From: Zootoca vivipara
Taxonomy: Eukaryota
DNA: 64,000 nucleotides
Assembly (NCBI RefSeq): GCF_963506605.1
Contig: NC_083283.1
Span: 57,474,001 to 57,538,000, forward strand
Direction of reading: 5' to 3'
Part shown: positions 58,382 to 64,000 of the stretch, one piece after another
Layout of the letters: the number at the start of each line of letters is the position of its first letter
How positions within the stretch are numbered: position 1 is the first letter of the stretch
Position numbers and translations under genes: made by a program
The notes under the pieces: generated by a model
What the model saw: the letters and a program-made list of their open reading frames with translations, nothing else
What the model was told of the DNA's origin: nothing
Databases searched by the model: none

Positions 58382-58724
58382 GTAAGAAAATCTGAGCTCC
58401 TCGCCCGCTTCCATCGTAGGTCGGTGCTGGCGACTTTGTGTCGCATGCAAAGGGGAAGCCCTCGCAAGCCGTTTCTGCTTTCAGTAAGTGGGGTATGATG
58501 GAAAAGGGGTGCGGGGTGGTAGTACGGTAGGTCCAGCAATCGCAGGAAGATGCATTTGCTTCGATTTCTCGATTTTGCTCTGGCCCTGGGTTTTTGTCTT
58601 GCACACAGCCAGCCTCTGCTCCCAGCAAGGTGAGATCCGCGTAAGGAGCTGGCATTAATCCACCCCCATTGGGATGGCTTCGCAAATGCATTTTACAAAC
58701 GCAAAGGGGAAAGTCAAATATGTT

Positions 58725-58727
<3 letters not shown>

Positions 58728-58812
<85 letters not shown>
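58728..58812. repeat. (CT)n microsatellite, ~42 units
   Basis: Directly visible. Confidence 0.97.
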
Positions 58813-58815
<3 letters not shown>

Positions 58816-59262
58816 ATTCCACCCCCCCCCCCCGGCTTCCCCCGCTGTAACAAAAACAAAAAACCGTGGTCGCCTCCAGGGGAAGTGCATTTCTTCCTTT
58901 TAGTGCCTAGCAATTTTGCAAAGAGGCTTTAACTGCAGCTTCCTCGCCGTGACAGAGCGCTTGTGCATCCGTCACTGGGGGGGGGGACCTGATGGAAGGT
59001 ATTTTCTGCCTTTTGCATTCATCTTGCAACAAGGAGTCAGATGCATTTCTGCCGGGCTATGTTTTCACACAGCTGTCTGTGGGAACCTCTCCCCCGCCTG
59101 CTGCTGAGCAACTAGAGGAAGTTGATGGAAAGAGCAGCAATGGCTAATTGCATCAAGTGATGGGGGACATCTCATAAAAATATCTTCTGCAAGGCATAAA
59201 AGTGGCTTCTACAAAACAATCACTTGCATGTTCCAAGTTACTTACAACCTTTTGGCTAAGAG

Positions 59263-59512
59263 CAGGGGTCAGCAAACTTTTTCAGCAGGGGGCCAGTCCA
59301 CTGTCCCTCAGACCTTGTGGGGGGCCGGACTATATTTTGAAAAAAGAAAGAACGAATTCCGATGCCCCACAAATAACCCAGAGATGCATTTTAAAGTGAA
59401 ATCACACATTCTACTCATGTAAAAACATGCTGAATACCGGACCGTCTGCGGGCCAGATTTAGAAGGCGATTGGGCCGCATCTGGCCCCCGGGCCTTAGTT
59501 TGGGGACCCCTG
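59263..59512. mobile_element. hAT (Charlie/MER58-like) MITE
   Basis: CAGGGGTCAGCAAACT...AGTTTGGGGACCCCTG; perfect TSD GCTAAGAG at 59255-59262 and 59513-59520. Confidence 0.9.
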
Positions 59513-60799
59513 GCTAAGAGAAACCAGAGGCAAATGATTTTGTTTGTTTGTATGGGGTGTACTCATTCAATTTTGAACTGGATAAGCCGAATGCTTCAAA
59601 ATGTTTGTGAGAAGCACAGATCAGGGTGATAAGAATTCAGTACTGGAAATATCCCATTTAAAGATTAAACGGAATAGGATTGGGGGACAAATATAGCGAA
59701 ACATAATGTGCATGTTTACTTGGGACAGCTGCATGCGCCGGTGACATTAATGGTTCCCACAAGCAATCCTTATTTTTTTCTTTTGTTTTGCATTGCTCAT
59801 GTTTGAAATTGGAATGACAAAAATAGATGCGCCTGGCGAAAACGTGTTTTCATTTTTAAAATGGATCTTTTCCGGTGTCCATAACACACCCAACTGCTCT
59901 CGCAAGTGTTGCCCCCAGAGACTACAAAGCATTGCTTTGCCTGAAGCAGGAGTTCCTATCCCTGCCATCTGCACATATAGGTGGCCATGTATATAAAGCA
60001 GGGAACACCTTCCTGTTAGCCTCCCAATACCACCTAAGCACTGGCAGGAACCATGGAACTTCCTCACTTAAAAATTAAGAAGGTAAAATTGCATGTTTTT
60101 CAGTCTACCAGACATCTGGTAGCAGAGGGGGAATGTGACATCACTAGGCCCATCTAGGCCCAATAGCCAGCATACAAATTTGGCAGGAGCATACCGAAAA
60201 AGTAGGGGGGCAGTTTATTCTTATGTACACATTCATGTTTTACTTGTATTAATGAAGGCTATATTAATAATGATGATAATGATAATAATTGCTGGTACCT
60301 GTGCAGGCCCTGCAGCAGTGTCAGGCCAGGCTGGAGGTGAACTAGTTCTAGGTGTGCCAGAACGCAAAAGGAAGATGTCCTGCTGACCTGGCCTTCATTC
60401 TTCACCTCATTGTTCTTCGCTGCCTTCCTTGTTGAACAGCAAATGTTCTTCCCGATGTGGTTTCCAGGCTCCGTCTCATCCAGGCACTGACTAGGCCCAA
60501 ACCTGCTTAGCTTCAGCAAAGATTGTTGCATCAATGTGCCTTCAAACCACACCCTTGGTCTAGATTTTGTTGTGGTCCAGCATTGCTTAGGGTGAAATAA
60601 GCATAAATCTCCTTTAGATCAATGGAATTAAGGGGTAATTAAGCTTTCCCTGAATACAGAGATCTTTAAACCCCAGGAGTAGCTTTATAAGCTCTGGCTA
60701 TTTCATATCGACAACTGTTAAGTGCTTTTCTCAAGAAGAGACATGCGTAGCGCGTCATTAAGAGAGAATTATCTTCGTGGCTTGGCAATTTCAAGTTGC

Positions 60800-60801
<2 letters not shown>

Positions 60802-60843
<42 letters not shown>
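60802..60843. repeat. (AC)n microsatellite
   Basis: Directly visible. Confidence 0.97.
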
Positions 60844-60845
<2 letters not shown>

Positions 60846-63800
60846 CTGTAAGAAAAATACATGGACTTTTATCAGGAAATAAGCAACCAGCTTAGGTTTT
60901 CACGGTAATGTAGCTTTTGTAAATATGGAAAAGACTGCTTCCTGTTGTCCTCAGAAACATTGAGTTAAGATGCGATTTTACTATTTCTCCACACTTGGAA
61001 CTTGTTGCTAAGTGTGTATCAAATTTTGAGTCAACTCCTCCGAAACAGGGCATAACATAAACATTGAAATAAATAAATAAAAGTGCTACCAATGGATTTG
61101 GGCAATTTTTGTGTCTTGGGGTTACTATTAATGGTGTCTGACATTTGATCAACTGTCTGTTACTACACAGATATACCCTTGGAAAGGCATTTAAAACTGG
61201 ATGGCTTCAGAAACTCAGGTTATTTCAAACCAGGTCTATTTCTGTTGACCTCGTGTGTCACAATATAGCATAAATTTCCTTTTAATAATGGCATTTTAAT
61301 ATCTTGCCGGAGCAATTACACTGCTCATTTGCTGCTAGCATGATTGGTTCTTGAAACTGTATAACCTTTCAAAACCTCTCGTCTTTAGAGCTCCCTCGCT
61401 ATTCAAGGCGACTTCAGCAATTGTTAATGCAGGCATTTGACTAGGCAGCTGTCATATCTGCTTAATTATTCAGTCGCAAAATGACCTTTTAAATGAAGCA
61501 TCTTATCAGCATTTAGCTGAGTGGCTTGATGGCTGTTATTACCCCCTCCCCAAAATAAAAGCTATCAGGATTACTTGCTAGCTGTGCTTTCCGTCGTCAT
61601 GCTTGCACATCACGATAAGCCAGAGTTGCTGGCTTTATCATGATTTATTCTGAAAGAGTGGCACGCTTCTTCAAAAGAAACAAACCAAGTTGGCTCCCCC
61701 TGGTTCTGAACCTGAAATCATGGGGTTTCTCTTTAACCAACCATATTGTCAGCCAGCCTTGAACCATGCTAGGGAGTTGCTGTTGCTGTTGTTGTTGGTC
61801 TTACAAATCTTGGCTTGATAGGAACAGTAGTGGCTGGTAGGACGGAAGGAAGGGAGCCCAGGAGGAGGTGGTGCCAGAGCAAATGACAGTTGCAGCCAGC
61901 TAAAACTCAGCTTCTACACAACCTCCTCCCTGCTGCGTTCTGCAAGGGCAACGGTGTCACTAAGGAGGAGGAGGAAGAAGAAGAAGATTTCAGGCGGTTA
62001 TACTCCTGAACTAATGTTAAGAAGCTAGGGAAGTTGGGGCGGGGAGGGTTGGCTGAGAACAGAATGAGGTTGGTGTGGCAGCGCTCCATTTGCCCAAATT
62101 GTCCATCTTCCCCTGGATAGGGAGCAAGTTTATTGTGGCTCCCTGGTTTCTTCCTCTCATTCCCAACAGGGGAGGAAGAGAGTGGGAGTTGTCAGTTCAC
62201 AGTAAACCATGGTCAGGCAGCAATTTTTCCTAGCCTTTTCTGTCTTTTGTCACTGCAATGAGGTAATGTTTGCACACTATTATTTGCTTGCTAATTAATG
62301 TTCATCACAACCTCTGCCCCCTCCCCTCTTTTCTCCCCTGCAGGCTTCCAGCTGGATATTGGACAGAATTGGCAGAAACGAAGGGTGGTTTTTTTTTTAA
62401 TGCAAAGTCTTCAAACTGCTACCCGAAACTGAGGTTGATATTTCCTGTTTAAGGAAGAATGGCTCTTGCGCTAGGACTAGGAGCCCTGTGCTTACTCTTG
62501 GGAGTTCTACCAGGTAGGGCAAGACTCTTCGTACTCATGCTATATAAATATAATAAACCATTATTTTGCTTTTGAGGCCAGGCGAGAAAATAAAGTCTGC
62601 ACACAACACAGGTTATCCACTGTGCACAGAACCTCAAAATAATTTCTGACTTGCAAAAGACTCCCAAATGGCTTATGTAATGAAGATTGTGATAGAAGTA
62701 ATAGAAGTATCTTAGTGTCTTAGCACTAGCTGAAGAGTCTAAATGGAAGTGCACTGTGCAGTATAGTCAAGTGACAGTTGCTTGAGCAGTTCAGTCCATA
62801 CATCCCAGTAAACCATGGTCTGAACCAAGAGTCATTGCTTGTTTTGCTCCCAACAAACATTTGGTAAGCCAGGAAAACCGCTTGGATATTTTTTTGTACA
62901 TTCAAGCGTTATTTAAATTTTATGAAATGAATAAATTAATAAGAACAAATCTTTGCTTCACATCATGGCTCGTTTGTGGCCAAACAACCCATGAATCTGT
63001 CGTTCAGGCACAACATTAAGTCAAGGGTTGTGGTTTTCTACTCTCACTCACTTGTGAGGAAGAGTGAAACATTCACAGGAAACCATTAACTTTGGTTTAC
63101 CATGATGTGTGAATGCTATCATTGCAAACACTATGCTGCCTGAATTTCTATTTCTTTTAATCCCTTTACAGACCATTTGCGCAGAATGCTGTTGAGGTTC
63201 TCCCTTTATCAGAGCTTTATTTTTATCTGAGTCGTTATTTTCCTTTCTCTCATTTTGCCTCCCCTCAACTGCTTAATCCCCATCTAGAAACAGTGCCCTA
63301 CTCTTCCTGAAGCAAATGATTTCCCCCTCCCCTCCAAAAGGCTTGCCGTGTTTCAGACAAGAGGAAGCGGCTGGGCACCTCAATAACATGAAAGTTATCC
63401 AGAGATAGAATTAAATCCTATTTATTATGTACAGGAGCTTAAAACCACATATAGCTTAACACTGGAGGCCTTGGATGAATTTCTGACTTTTGCTTGGTGA
63501 AAGATTTTCATAAGCCCTGCCAAATGTTGCCAGAGTTAGTTAAGCCTTTTTCAGTAGGTGGTTAAAAAAAATTCTTCCCTCGCCCATCCCAGAAGTATAA
63601 ATCTGTGAGTGATAATCGTACGATTCTATGAGTAAGTGGTTTAGGGTTAAAGGTTTGTTTGTTCATACATTGGGAGTATGGGGTGTTAGGGGAGGGGTAG
63701 CACCTCTTATGGGGTACCACTTCAGCAGGGCTTGTCGTCTGGGCAGCCCAGGGCCTCCACACACACTGCCCAGGCTTGTGCCCTGGGAAGATCACTTTGG

Positions 63801-64000
63801 TGCTGTTAACTTCACCCCTGGAGTTGCACTGAAATCTTCAGTATGTTGCAGACGTTTTCCTTTGTGATTGTGGGCCTGTGAACCATTCCAGCACCTCTCA
63901 TACTCTGGGGCCTGCTAACTAGACTTGCAATGTTGATGTCGTGAATGCTCAGTTAAAGTGTTCCTTAGTTTTCAGTAATCCATTTATTTTATTTTCAATT

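Noticed and set aside
59520-64000. Coding exons of the next gene
   Set aside because: No ORF with credible splice sites or protein similarity; it looks like first-intron sequence with old repeat relics.

Overview
Vertebrate nuclear DNA, almost certainly from a squamate reptile and probably a lacertid lizard: it carries Sauria SINEs, Bov-B LINEs and a tRNA-Lys/CR1 SINE. The window holds the conserved block syntenic with human 6p22.3: RIPOR2/FAM65B last five coding exons (+), ARMH2/C6orf229 (+), GMNN (-), C6orf62 (+), ACOT13 (-), TDP2 (+), and a probable non-coding first exon of KIAA0319 (+). Coding exons were rebuilt by hand from GT-AG sites and reading phase, and all join in frame. Introns and intergenic DNA are rich in transposons: a 5'-truncated Bov-B LINE with an open ORF, a broken DD34E Tc1 element, hAT/Tigger/Tc2-type MITEs (several with GC-rich minisatellite or hairpin cargo), L2/CR1 fragments and Penelope remnants, one with a hammerhead-ribozyme core. 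I cannot demonstrate a wholly new biological system. The best leads are the ~2 kb uORF-packed C6orf62 leader with an orphan upstream CpG promoter, crossed polyA signals between ARMH2 and GMNN, and MITE-built RNA structures around the GMNN start exon and in the ACOT13 3'UTR. Gene names rest on recalled protein similarity and synteny, not on a database search.
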